Assembly: GCA_030264375.1 (NCBI GenBank) | Contig: JASCQW010000098.1 | Coordinates: 36,158,344-36,222,343 of the forward strand | Source of the DNA: Carcharhinus longimanus | Taxonomy: Eukaryota | DNA: 64,000 bases | Reading direction: 5' to 3' | Shown here: positions 24,683-36,590 of the stretch, one piece after another | Layout: each line of letters starts with the position of its first letter | Position numbering within the stretch: the stretch's first letter is position 1 | Program-made: the position numbers and the translations under genes | The notes under the pieces: generated by a model | Told to the model about the DNA's origin: nothing | Seen by the model: the letters and a program-made list of their open reading frames with translations, nothing else | Database searches by the model: none

Positions 24683-25318
24683 GCCAATGCAAATGGAAAT
24701 TATTTTTCTGTCTAGATTATATTTGATGCTAAATGGGATTAGCTTTTATCTGAGTTCAATGGACTCTTCCGAAATTTACGAAACTGAAGTGCAATTGCAG
24801 AAGTATTTGGAACTGGGCCAGCAAACAGATCACTTTCTATGTTCCTGATCTCGTTGCCTCAACTCCAGCTGCTACACTTTAATTTGTTGCCAGACTACTG
24901 CTCTCTGTCGGTTTGACAAGTAACAATGCTGGTTTAGTGAATTTAAATGTGGCATTGTGATACTGAATTGCAGTAACATAGCATAACACTGATGCCTGAC
25001 CAGCAAACTAGCCTGTTTGAAGAAAATAATCATTGTCTCTTTAACTGCCAGAAGATGCATTTGGCCTGATGGACGATATGTTATTAAATACATTTGTTAG
25101 TTTAGTAACATCATTTAGGCAGGAGGCTACAAGGATACTATTTCTATTCCAATAGAAGATGGAATGGGAAGATCAAACNNNNNNNNNNNNNNNNNNNNNN
25201 NNNNNNNNNNNNNNNNNNNNNNNNNNNNNNNNNNNNNNNNNNNNNNNNNNNNNNNNNNNNNNNNNNNNNNNNNNNNNNCAAACTCCTGTAAAACTCCAGC
25301 TCAGTTAACATTTCCGGC

Positions 25319-25500
25319 GGACTGGGGACGGTATCTCGTCTGCTTTCTTGCATCTTTGTAAAAACTTGATGTGTGTGTCAATATGCGCAATCTTCTTGCG
25401 GATCCTCTCCACTTGGATCCGGCAGTTTGTGGTGTCGATGGTAGTCAAGATGTAGAGGTGCCGGCGTTGGACCCAGTCCAATGCCAGCATCTCTACATCA
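25319..25500 (-). mobile_element. Penelope-like insertion with ORF N-terminal remnant, terminal hairpin and 13-bp TSD
   Basis: TAACATTTCCGGC at 25306-25318 and 25501-25513; minus-strand peptide TIDTTNCRIQVERIRKKIAHIDTHIKFLQRCKKADEIP; inverted repeat at 25449-25499. Confidence 0.7.
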
Positions 25501-26190
25501 TAACATTTCCGGCTGTAGCAACTGATTAGTGTATTTGACTGTCTCTGTAGATGCTTAACATTGGTGATTACGTAACTGTGGGCCTCTCTGTAATTAGTTA
25601 CCTGTCAGCATATGGTTTGCATTTGAACAATTACCACTGGTAATCTGGATCATCATCTTTTACAGTTAGGGAGTTGGGAATGAAATGGGACTCTATGTAC
25701 GAAGTCAGTCCTATTTTTAGAGTCTGCTAGTCGCAGCTTAACCAGGGATCATGGATCACTCCTCCTTAGGGGCTGCATTCCAACAAAAAAAGACATGTTA
25801 TCATCTTTTTTCTTCCTAGTTACCCTTCAAATTTTCAGTAATTGTAATTTAAATTACCACTTCATTTTCTGAAATGTTGAACCTTTCAGCATTTAGTAGG
25901 TTTGATCACAATAAATGAATTAATCTCAACAATTCTTACTGATTATTGGTGCGGTGGGGGGAAGGTAGGGGAAACAATTTTTGTAACTGTAAGGAGTGAC
26001 ATTGAAATAACTAGAGACCAGTGTCCCTTCACCGAAACTGATTTACAAATGGTTTGCAATACTCAGGCAGGTACTTCCCAGTGCAGAGTATTCACCCCAA
26101 GTGCCAGTGACCCAGACACTGCACATTCCATACCTCTGTAGAGCTCCATGATTGGACAGCCTTAACAGGCCTCAATTAGGGACATCTTTT

Positions 26191-26267
26191 GTTGTCCTTG
26201 CACAGGGGCCATGCTAATTTTCTCTGTATCGTTCAAATTTTAGTTTAAGTGCTGCCAAAGCGAACAC
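26191..26267 (-). pseudogene. U6 snRNA retropseudogene, 3'-truncated (U6 nt 1-77)
   Basis: Minus strand GTGTTCGCTTTGGCAGCACTTAAACTAAAATTTGAACGATACAGAGAAAATTAGCATGGCCCCTGTGCAAGGACAAC aligns ungapped to vertebrate U6 with 9 mismatches in 77 nt (compared from memory); ACAGAGA box intact. Confidence 0.92.
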
Positions 26268-27667
26268 CTCATATTCCAGCAGGTCCAAATCATGGACCTT
26301 TTCGAAGTCATTACAGGCATCTTATTGCTTTATTGGCTGCTAAAATTGTTGGTGGACAATCCTGTGTGTTCTCTTTTGCAGAGAATTTAAGTGTTGATCC
26401 ACAATTAAAAGAATGTACTACAGCTTTCAATGAAGAGCATATGAAGCAATGCCAGAACATGTTGCAATATCCTTCCTGAAGCCCTATCGAGTTATTCTGC
26501 ATTTACATTCATGAGGTCAGGTGCCCTCTCTTCAGTATAGCCAATAAATACTTCAGCACTGATCCTAGGAGATAGAGTTTACATGGCTCTTATTAGAGAC
26601 AAGAAAGCTGTACAGCAGAAGATTAACTATTTCTGTAAGCTGTTCATTTTTAAATCACACAGGTTTGTGAGCAGCATACTTGCAATGAGAGTCATTCGGC
26701 ATGAAAGCAAATTTTTCACAGAATTAAAATTTCCCAAAGGCAAGCGCCCAGTCTTCTGCAGGTTTGCACGAAAACATCAGCCTAATGCTCACATTCAGGG
26801 CAAAGGTTTTACATCATTTGTTAAACTCCATCGAAATGCCTCAATGTCATATACTGATTGTAGAAAACATCCACCTTTATTAAAATAGTCTCTCCACACA
26901 AAATAGCAGTTCATGCTATTTTCCTGCACTTATACTAGTTTTTTTTAGTGTAGACACAAACCTAAACCATTTAGATTAGCAGCGTCCACAGTCCCTATAC
27001 ATGGTGTTTCACAACTTTTCTTTAAAATTCTTACTTCAACTAGCACTCATTTCTTCAATTGTTTTCTCATGCCATCATAAAATTTACATTCAAAATTGAA
27101 AAGCAACTCCAAATTTATTCTCTAAATTGTGTTTGTGGAGTGCTACTTCTGGTAATGCTGTAGACATATAGTAGCTCCCAGGGACAGTGCATGGGCTGCT
27201 ACCTGTACAGCTAGTGGCATTTAGAAACATCAATGGGGATCGCAATGTGGGCCACACATGTAGCTGGCCATGGTATTGCCTGTTCCGGGAAACCAATGTG
27301 ATCCAAGGAGTATCATTGGAACGTAATGCAAATAATTTCTCCTCCATGATGTCTGAGGTATGTAACAGTGGTTTGATGGCTTTAAATTTAAATTTTCATA
27401 GACAATGAGGGATGTCATGAAAAAAATATTGATTTAATTCTGTATTTTCCTCAGGCCCCAGCTGTTCATGCTGATTTCTGCTTGGTTTTACGATCTGATG
27501 TAGACTAATGAGATTGGTAATTTTGGCACAGATACTGATTGGCAACTTTGGCACAGAATCTGACTTTTTTTGGGCATATCCAGGAAACTCCTGCCTGCAT
27601 TAAATACAAAATCCTCTTGTATGCTGCACACAAGTCCTGGAATGATGGAGACATTCTCAACTCAACT

Positions 27668-28346
27668 GGTGGGGTTCTCCCAAAAATATTTTAAGTGCCA
27701 AATTCGCGTATAACCTGGAGTAAATCCAGATTTTTGTCAGCGGGATTTTCAAAATGAATGTCCCATACTCTCCACCTCCCCACCCCACCCCCAGACCTCC
27801 TCCCCACTCCTGATCGCTGGCCTACTGGTGTGTCCAGGCCAGCTCTGAACCCCACCCCCCCCACAACCCAACCCCTCCGTTCCCGGTACTCCTGATCTAC
27901 CGATTCCTCCCCCCCCAATACTTCAATGGCCAGCCCCAGTTGTTGGCCTCCCTCTTTCTGTCTACGATCCCTAGTGCAGAGTGGCAGTGGGACCCCCCCA
28001 CCTCTTCCGAACTAACCCCCAGAGAGCCTGGCCCATTAGGCACCATCCCCTTTCAGGCCACACCCTCCTGCACTATTGATACCTGGTGGGCAGTACCAAC
28101 GTGCCCACTGGGCATTGCCACTTTGCCCCCTTGGGCAGTGCCAGGGGGCCAGGCCTGCTAATGATAGGAGAGTGCACATTAACATAATTTATTCAGTCTG
28201 GCATGGAGTTGTCAACATTGAAAACCCAGCAGCCAGGAGACGCGGAGGCCATGGTGCCCTCTGGGAAGCCTGCTAAACGGCCTGCTCTCAAAAATCCCAA
28301 ACCACTGTGCTGCTGGAGCAGTGCAGAGGTCTGGGAGAATCACCCA
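27668..28346. mobile_element. GC-rich non-autonomous TIR element
   Basis: TIR-like ends GGTGGGGTTCTCCCA and TGGGAGAATCACCC; C-rich interior. Confidence 0.5.
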
Positions 28347-28623
28347 GCATCACTGTCGGCAAACCACAGGCCAAAATTCAAAGCCAGAAGGTTCCATTTT
28401 GCTTGGCAAACATAAGGCTCTGCTCTGCATACTGTCTTCTGAGCATAATTTTGTATCCATTTATGTCTAATAAAAATGTTGAATTTAAATGTACAAGTCG
28501 TGCTAATATTAAATGTCCAACCTGTGCTGAGTGATTAAACAGAGGCCATAACAATGTGAGGAAATGACTTCATAAAATTCCAACAATGCATGAGGCGGCC
28601 ATTTGGCCCATCAAGCCTGCAGC

Positions 28624-29023
28624 AACAACAATCCTACCCAGGCCTCTTTCTCAGGAGGCTAAGGAAATTCGACATGTCTGCTACAACTCTCACCAACTTT
28701 TACAGATTCACCACAGAAAGCATCCTTTCTGGTTGCATCACAGTTTGGTACGGCCCCTGCTCTGTCCAAGACTGCAATAAACTACAAAGGGTCATGACGA
28801 AACCCAGTCTATCACGCAAACCAGCCTCCCATCCATTGACTCTGACTATGCTTACTGCTGCCTCGGAAAAGCAGCCAGCATAATCAAAGACCCCACGCAC
28901 CCAGACATTCTCTCTTCCACCTTCTTTCATCAGGAAAAATATACACAAGTCTGAGGTCACATACTAACTGACTCAAGAACAGCTTCTTCCCTGCTGCCAT
29001 CAGACTTTTGAATGGACCTACCT
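28624..29023 (+). mobile_element. Rex1/Babar-type LINE 3' fragment
   Basis: FLRRLRKFDMSATTLTNFYRFTTESILSGCITVWYG (DUF1891-like C-terminus); homologous to 34928-35585. Confidence 0.75.
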
Positions 29024-32000
29024 NNNNNNNNNNNNNNNNNNNNNNNNNNNNNNNNNNNNNNNNNNNNNNNNNNNNNNNNNNNNNNNNNNNNNNNNNNNNN
29101 NNNNNNNNNNNNNNNNNNNNNNNNNNNNNNNNNNNNNNNNNNNNNNNNNNNNNNNNNNNNNNNNNNNNNNNNNNNNNNNNNNNNNNNNNNNNNNNNNNNN
29201 NNNNNNNNNNNNNNNNNNNNNNNNNNNNNNNNNNNNNNNNNNNNNNNNNNNNNNNNNNNNNNNNNNNNNNNNNNNNNNNNNNNNNNNNNNNNNNNNNNNN
29301 NNNNNNNNNNNNNNNNNNNNNNNNNNNNNNNNNNNNNNNNNNNNNNNNNNNNNNNNNNNNNNNNNNNNNNNNNNNNNNNNNNNNNNNNNNNNNNNNNNNN
29401 NNNNNNNNNNNNNNNNNNNNNNNNNNNNNNNNNNNNNNNNNNNNNNNNNNNNNNNNNNNNNNNNNNNNNNNNNNNNNNNNNNNNNNNNNNNNNNNNNNNN
29501 NNNNNNNNNNNNNNNNNNNNNNNNNNNNNNNNNNNNNNNNNNNNNNNNNNNNNNNNNNNNNNNNNNNNNNNNNNNNNNNNNNNNNNNNNNNNNNNNNNNN
29601 NNNNNNNNNNNNNNNNNNNNNNNNNNNNNNNNNNNNNNNNNNNNNNNNNNNNNNNNNAAAAATAAGATTCCAACAATTATTTTTGGAGCTTTCATCAAAT
29701 ACGTGTCACTTTGAAAGACAAGGATTTGTTGTCCTTGTCCAAAAGAAAAATCCCAAATGTTGTTAGCTAGTATCCTTATTATGGTTCCTCTTCATTATAA
29801 TTTAAAAGAACAGGGGATTAACAAAGGTGAAATAACATAGCAAATTAAACTGGTGAGACACCTCCCAACTGATATTAAGCCACGTTCCAGAAAGTTAATG
29901 GATTGCTGTGGATTTGTGATAGGAGCACAAGGCTTCTGAGGCGAAGCTGGACATTCTGAACAGAGGCTCTGATCCAGTCAGGGAGACCAACTGCTGCTTA
30001 TACAGAAAGGCAGCAGATGCTAGGCTCTTACAAAACGTAAATAGATAGCTGCTTATAACTAGAACTGAAAGCTGCCTTCTGACGAACTGTGTAGAGGGGC
30101 AAACAACTCCACATGGACTTCAATGAGCTTTCCTTTAACAAAGTGTCTAACGTTGTAGGGCAAAGGAAGCCAGATGGATCTTAATGAAAGTATTACACAA
30201 GCATGGAAGCAGCCTCCTGCTCTGATGGAGAAATAGGTCTGGACATGATTCCAGCATTTTCAGCTCCAACAAGCTACAGCCTGGCACAGCTCCCAAGTCC
30301 TAGACTATATAGCGGCAGCTAGTGAAATGGTTCTGTGTTTACTTTGATGAGTTACAATACAATTATTCCAGACATTGACTATCAACAGTTCGGAAACAAA
30401 TTAATTTCCAGTGATGAGACAGACTCAAAGAATGTACTTATATAAATATTTATACAAATTAATATTACAACAAGAATTCTTCAACATGACAAAAATCTAT
30501 TAATGTGGTTAAAAAAATTAAACTATTAAATGTTCTTACATAAACAATTACTCCTAAAATTCCCAAGACACTTACTTAAATTGCTCGGCCAAACCAAACA
30601 GTTTATTTCAGTGTGTTTAGCNNNNNNGAAGGTTTTGGCTCTTCAAGATTAATGTTTGTGACCATAAAACATCCCAGTCTTTGAATGACTGGGTGACACT
30701 TAAAATGGGATTCCCATTGCAACTTTTATTTGTTGCTGCCTTCACCACAGAGATTATAAGAATTGTTTTTGCTTTAATTACAAGAGAAAATCAGACATGA
30801 GCTAAGTTAGTTTTTAAAGACCTATAACATTGCTCTTGCTACAACTAAAATTTGTCATAATTTAAGTCTCAATTGAAGTCATCATTTTATAAATGTGTAT
30901 GATTTAAAAATGTATAGAGAAATGACTGCATAAAATAATTTGTAAACTGAAAGGTAACTCGAGATTTTGGATACTGTACAATTTAAGTCATATTTAAGTC
31001 AATAAACTTGATAGTAATTTTAAGTTCTTTGTTATTGATGACATACAGATGCTATCAAAAACATAACCTATACAGGTATCACACTCAAAATCACCCATTT
31101 CAGGTAGAAAGAGCTATCACTAATAGCATTGATACAAACATCATTTTATCTTCATGTTGCTTTGACAAGACCATGGAGCGAAGCGTGCAATGATATATCT
31201 GACGAGGATAATGAATAGAGCCAGGGGATTATTCTGCTAGTCATCATTGTAGCCTTGGCTCAAAGGTTGTTCAAAGATTATGGCAAATTCAAGTTGACCT
31301 ACTAAAAACATGAAAACACAAGGATTTCAAGAAGCAAGAACTGCCACTCCCTTTGATATTTAACATGGCTTGCTCCGTGCTACAAAGCAAATACCTTGTG
31401 AGCTGCCCCTGACCAAACACAGTCAATAAGGTTAATACAAACTGTTTGGATGTGATTTGTTCAAACAGAAAGGATAGGTCTTACAATGTTTTCCCGCATC
31501 ATACTGGGAAAAGCAGCCTTTGATATGCATGAGTAAAGATTAAAAAGGAATTCAGTGAGCGGTTCCACAGTAGATGGTGACTTAGTGCAGAAAGAATCCA
31601 TCCAACAGGGAATGTATTTCTGCAGAACTTGCTAATTTTCATGGTTTTAAATACCATTAATTTTGTTTAATGGAAATAATAAAAGAGATACAGTTCAGGC
31701 ACCATTGAAACAAAAGCAATTGTTTCCTTCATCTTGTAGTGACATTATGAGGTGGGATGGGAATGAGGATGGTTAAAGTCAATGGCAATTTTTCATCTGG
31801 AACATTTTCCTCAGAGGCTCATCTGCAAGAAGCAGAGTAAGCACAATACTACTGATTTGATGTCCATTGGCATATAGGTCCGGGTTCCCAATATGGGAGC
31901 TTCTCGGCAGATGGAATTCTGTGTCCGCAAGGATGAAGATGAAAATAACAGTAAATCAACTATTTACAATTTGAATCCAATGATTACTTCTCAGTTCTCG

Positions 32001-32207
32001 TGAGGTGCCAAATCTACATAAATGTGAGCAAAATTGTTCATCTTGCCATGGAGTGCATAAACATTGGGCAAAGCCAGTAGTGAAAATATTGATTTACCTA
32101 CTAGCTATTGCATGTGCTCAGCCTCTCTTATTTGCGCTTGTAACTAGACACATGCAGTGGCTATGAAGAAATGAAACAAATTCCGCTGCTGGCGCACATA
32201 AGACATG

Positions 32208-32299
32208 GTAAAAAGTCTGACAACACCAGGTTTAAGTCCAGCTGATTTATTTGATAGTAAACTCACGAGCTTTTGAGAGGTTTCCCTCTTCTTCAGGTG
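32208..32299 (-). mobile_element. Penelope-like pLTR fragment
   Basis: Reverse-complement homolog of 410-490 (tggacttaaacctggtgttgtcagactttttac). Confidence 0.6.
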
Positions 32300-32824
32300 C
32301 ATATCCACATCATGCACCTAAGACATACCAGGGAGTGGGTAGCATATAATTATACATTCAAGGCCTTCTGCTCTGTCAGTCCATTTTAGAGGAGTATTCT
32401 GGACTAGAATGTTTATAAGTTTGAAGTCTTGTAGTCCTACAGTGGACCAGGAGTTGTCAAGTCAGCACTTGTATCCCAAAATTCATACATTTTTGACAGT
32501 AATTGATTTTGGATGGTAGTCATTCTGAATTTATATTTTAAGCAGCACATTCATTTTTTTCAGCAAAGATGAAATCTAAAACTCTGTACATTTTGTGAAT
32601 TCACTAATGCAACTTTGAGACCCCCGAGTCAGGAATTTCCTCAGATTTTATACAGCACTCAAACTAAGAGGTTTATATTTGTAGATCTTACTGTTTTTCT
32701 AGTGATCTTGTAGAGAGGCAGAACTGATTTATAGGCCACAATGCTAAGAAATCAAATCTGTTTCATATTTGAATGAAAGTGCACTTGTGTCACTAACTTA
32801 CATGTATAAATATTTTGCTCATGT

Positions 32825-33045
32825 GTTTGGTTGTAGATCTGTGGGATTTTCTACCTTGGCATATTGCAGATGGTCAGGGTCATATATTCAAGGTAGAGGT
32901 CAGTAGATATTTGAATACTACAAGGACCAAGAGATAGGTGGATAGTACAGGAAGGCTGAATTGAGATATGTTAGCCATGATTGCTTTGAATGGCAGAGCA
33001 GACTTGAAGGGATGATTGGCTTAGTCCTGTTCCTAACTATGTTAC
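32825..33045 (+). mobile_element. Old CR1 3' tail
   Basis: atattcaaggtagagg...ttagccatgattgctttgaatggcagagcagacttgaagggatg...tcctgttcct. Confidence 0.55.
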
Positions 33046-33357
33046 AATCTATATTAAATTTATTTAATTCCTTTGCAATAAGGTCCCAATCTCACACCGA
33101 ATTAGCGGCATTCAGTGCTTACAGGACAAAGATTTTGGCTACGGCTTTGAAATCTAGCTATTGCAGAGACTCAGAATAAATGTAATCAAGAGAATAAGTG
33201 ATGCATAAGATATAATTCAGAAGCGGCTGATAGAATTAATGTGTCACTAGACAATTACCGTGTGTGTTGTTTTGAGAAGAGTACATTGAGAAGCACATAA
33301 AAATTAACAAATGTTAAATGATGTAAGGGGTGGAAATTTCTATTTGGTTAGTTAGAC

Positions 33358-33790
33358 ATCCGTCCATCTCAGAAGACGATGGACTGTGCCCATGGTGTGA
33401 ATCATTTCTGTACTGAGCATCTGTACTGTTGTGGCTATTGAAGCATTTGAGTTGCAATCCTCTCCACAGCCCACAAGAATAAATAATTGTCATGAGGTCG
33501 ACTGATTTTTTTTTTCTTTCCTGCGGACCCTATTTCCCACCATCTTGTCATTTCTTTTGCCTTCTGCTTTTTCTTCACTCTTTCTGACCAGTTGTGCCAG
33601 GCACTCGTGAGTAGTGAAGATATCCCATGGTTGACTCAAATTACTTGAAGTCTCCTTACATTGGAGATGTGGGCAGTCTCAGTGTCATGCCAATAGCAAG
33701 TTTGCCATACAACATGTCTTTGGGCATGCGGCCATCCATTTGGCTCATATGACCCAGTCGATAAAGTCGCTACTGACTCAAGAGAGCTGG
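33358..33790 (-). mobile_element. RTE-clade LINE 3' fragment
   Basis: Minus-strand translation near 33785-33695 is LLSQ*RLYRLGHMSQMDGRMPKDMLYGKLA, like the RTE C-terminal LRWxGHxxRMxDGRxPKxxLYGEL motif. Confidence 0.65.
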
Positions 33791-34927
33791 GGAAACCCTG
33801 ACGCTGAAGTGTCCTCTCCAGGGCTCAGGTCTTGGTAGATAGCATGGATATCCTGAGCTGCCTTAGCATCAGGCCCCTCTTAGCATTGCTAAGAATGTCC
33901 AAAGGAAAGATGAAATCATTACTGTTTGGCAATTGTTCCGCAGCAGAGTTGCCAGAAAAACTGCCTGATAAATGACAGATTACTGCCTGAGGGACTCCAC
34001 CTCAGATTTTCTGCTACGGTTTACTCCCTTAGTTTTCTACTCTCCCACGACATGCACAAGAGTGGGGCTATTTATCCACATTTGTGGGGTTTGGTTCATG
34101 GGTATCAGGGCAAAACCATATGTCAGTGGGCCTTTTTATGACAGGCAGCAGGGTCAGGCCTCCTTTGAGGCCCCTATAGTTTAGCCTAGATCCACAATGT
34201 CCCCAGTTCATATATGCCGTCACAGGAAGACACTATAATAGGGTTTGCTGATGAAGAGGCTACATACTAACAGGAGAGACTTATACACTTAGCTCTGTTT
34301 TTCCACAGTAGTTACACTGCTAACCAGCAATGAGAGCTGAAAGCAAGAGGTGATAAACAGACTGATCACTACACATCACCTATCACATTTGCTGCATCAC
34401 ATCAACTGAAGACACATGGAATTTCTATATAATGGTGTAGGCTAAGAAAATAATAGTTAATAAATTGAGAGAAAATGTAATTGTTTTGAGTTATAAAACT
34501 GCAAGAAAATACACCAAAGTTCACAACTTTCTGGGGAGAGGAAGAAGAATGTTATGCTTTAGGTCAAATCACTTGCAGTATTGCTTTAGAAGCCTCTATA
34601 TCTAACACAAGAGAATGTTGCCTTCAACATTACACCAGCGGGCTGCAATCTGCTAACTAGTTTATCAACATTTTTTAAAAATTATTTTGTTCAAACTTTG
34701 AGACTATTTGAAATATTTCAGTTCTAGCTGACAGACTAAAATCATAACTATTTTGCTGCCTGAGTCTTTGATTAGGTAATTCATCAGCAAATCTTTGATA
34801 AAAATCTATGCTCGCTGTTTAGATAAGTTTATCTAAGAGTGAAAACTCACTTTTTATTTTTTTGCACTGGAGTGGAAGTCTAAGCAAGTTCCACAAGTGC
34901 AAGATGCTTTTTCAGCTATCTTTTTGC

Positions 34928-35585
34928 CAATTTGATTTGATTTATTATTGTCACATGTATTAAAAACAGTGAAAAGTATTGTTTCTTGCGCAATCTACAG
35001 ACAAGACACAGTGTTCATAGAGAAGGAAACGAGTGAGTGCAGAAATGTAGTGTTACATCATAGCTAGGGTGTAGACAAAGATCAAGTTAATGCAAGATAA
35101 GTCCATTCATAAGTCTGACAGGGAAGTAGCTGTTCTTGAGTCGGTTGGCACCCGACCTCAGACTTTTGTATCTTTTTCCCGGAGGAAGGAGATGGAAGAG
35201 AGAGAATGGCCAGGGTGTGTGGGGTCCTTAATTATGCTGGCTGCTTTGCTGAGGTAGCAGGAAATGTAGATAGAGTCAATGGATGGGAGGGTGGTTTGCG
35301 TGATGGTTTGAGCTACATTCATTGATGGTTTGTAGCTCCTTATGGTGTTGTGCAGAGCAGGAGCCATACCAAGCTGTGATACAACCAGAAAGGATACTTC
35401 TATGGTGCATCTGTAAAAGTTGGAGAGAGTCGTAGCTGACATGCCAGATTTCCTTAGTCTTCTGAGAAAGTAGAGGCATTGGCGGTCTTTCTTGACTATA
35501 GTGTCGGCATGGGGGACCAGGACAGATTGTTCGTGATCTGGACACCTAAAAACTTGAAGCTCTCGACCCTTTCTACTTCATCCCA
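34928..35585 (-). mobile_element. Rex1/Babar-type LINE 3' end with (ATCAA)n tail
   Basis: MSATTLSNFYRCTIE and SILSGCITAWYGSCS peptides (frameshifted); tail tttgatttgatttatt at 34931. Confidence 0.75.
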
Positions 35586-35997
35586 TTGGATTTAAGGCTC
35601 AGTGGTTTAATTTTGGAATGGTAGGAATCATCAGAAGTGCTAAATACACAGGTATTATTGATTAGCATTTCTTCCCCAGATTCCAGCATTGTTCATAGAT
35701 TTCTACGTTTTAGTTGCATTGACACAATGGGAAAGTTTTGGTTTCTCAGCTCACAACCTGGCAAATTGTTTACACGAATAGTTTTGTTTCTATTTCCATC
35801 TTGAATTAGTTTTACTGCTACCTCATTCAGAGCAAAACCAGAACAAAATTCTGAGCAGATTGTTCAAGTCATATTTGTGGTATGGCAAAGTGACATTAAG
35901 ATTATATTTCTTCTTGAGATTGGTTTGCATTCTATTTGAGGGTGCGTACGAGAGTTTGTTCAGTGGACTGTAAAGAACAAGAAGGTCCCAGCTTTGA

Positions 35998-36140
35998 TTT
36001 TTTTCTGTTCACTCATGGGATGTGGGTGTCACTGACTGGGCCAGCATTTGTTACCCAACTTTAGTTGCCCTTGAACTGAGTGGTTTGTTTGGTCATTAAG
36101 AGTCAATCCCATTGCTGTGGATTTATATGTAGGCCAGGCC
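35998..36140 (-). mobile_element. CR1/L2-group LINE tail fragment
   Basis: catgggatgtgggtgtcactgactgggccagcatttgttacccaactttagttgcccttgaa is the reverse complement of the tail type at 21100-21170. Confidence 0.55.
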
Positions 36141-36439
36141 AAATAAAGATGACAAAAATCATCCAGCTTCAAATTATCATTCACCAAATGCCTGTGTGGA
36201 CATTAAGTCAGGACAGATCAGATTTGGCTAAATTTCTCATCCTTATTTATTTCCAAAGCTCACAGATGAACAATATTCATTTGAGTAAAGAGCTGGAGAG
36301 TGAGCATTCTATTCCAGAAGGCAGCAATATTTTCAGGACAGTAAAGGATGGAGGAAAATAGTGAAGATTATTGGCAAGAATGCATTTGCCCAATTTTTCT
36401 TGACCTTTTCTTGCATGTCTAGAGACACAAAAACATTAA

Positions 36440-36590
36440 GAAGCACTTAGAAGAGCACTTGAAATGCCATAGCATACACAGCAATGGACCAAGTGCTGGA
36501 AAATGGAATTAGAATAGATAGGTGCTTAATGGCCAGTGAAGACATGATGGACCGAAATGCCTCTTTTGAGCTAGGTATCTCTGACTCTAC
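36440..36590 (+). mobile_element. CR1 tail fragment
   Basis: gagcacttgaaatgccatagcatacac...ggaccaagtgctggaaaatgg...gacatgatggaccgaaatgcctct. Confidence 0.55.

Noticed and set aside
26191-26267. Functional U6 gene
   Set aside because: It lacks the 3' ~30 nt and terminator, has 9 substitutions, and shows no evident upstream PSE/TATA.
28957-29766. Long ORFs of 200+ aa here and at 45211-45920
   Set aside because: They consist of X residues from N gaps.
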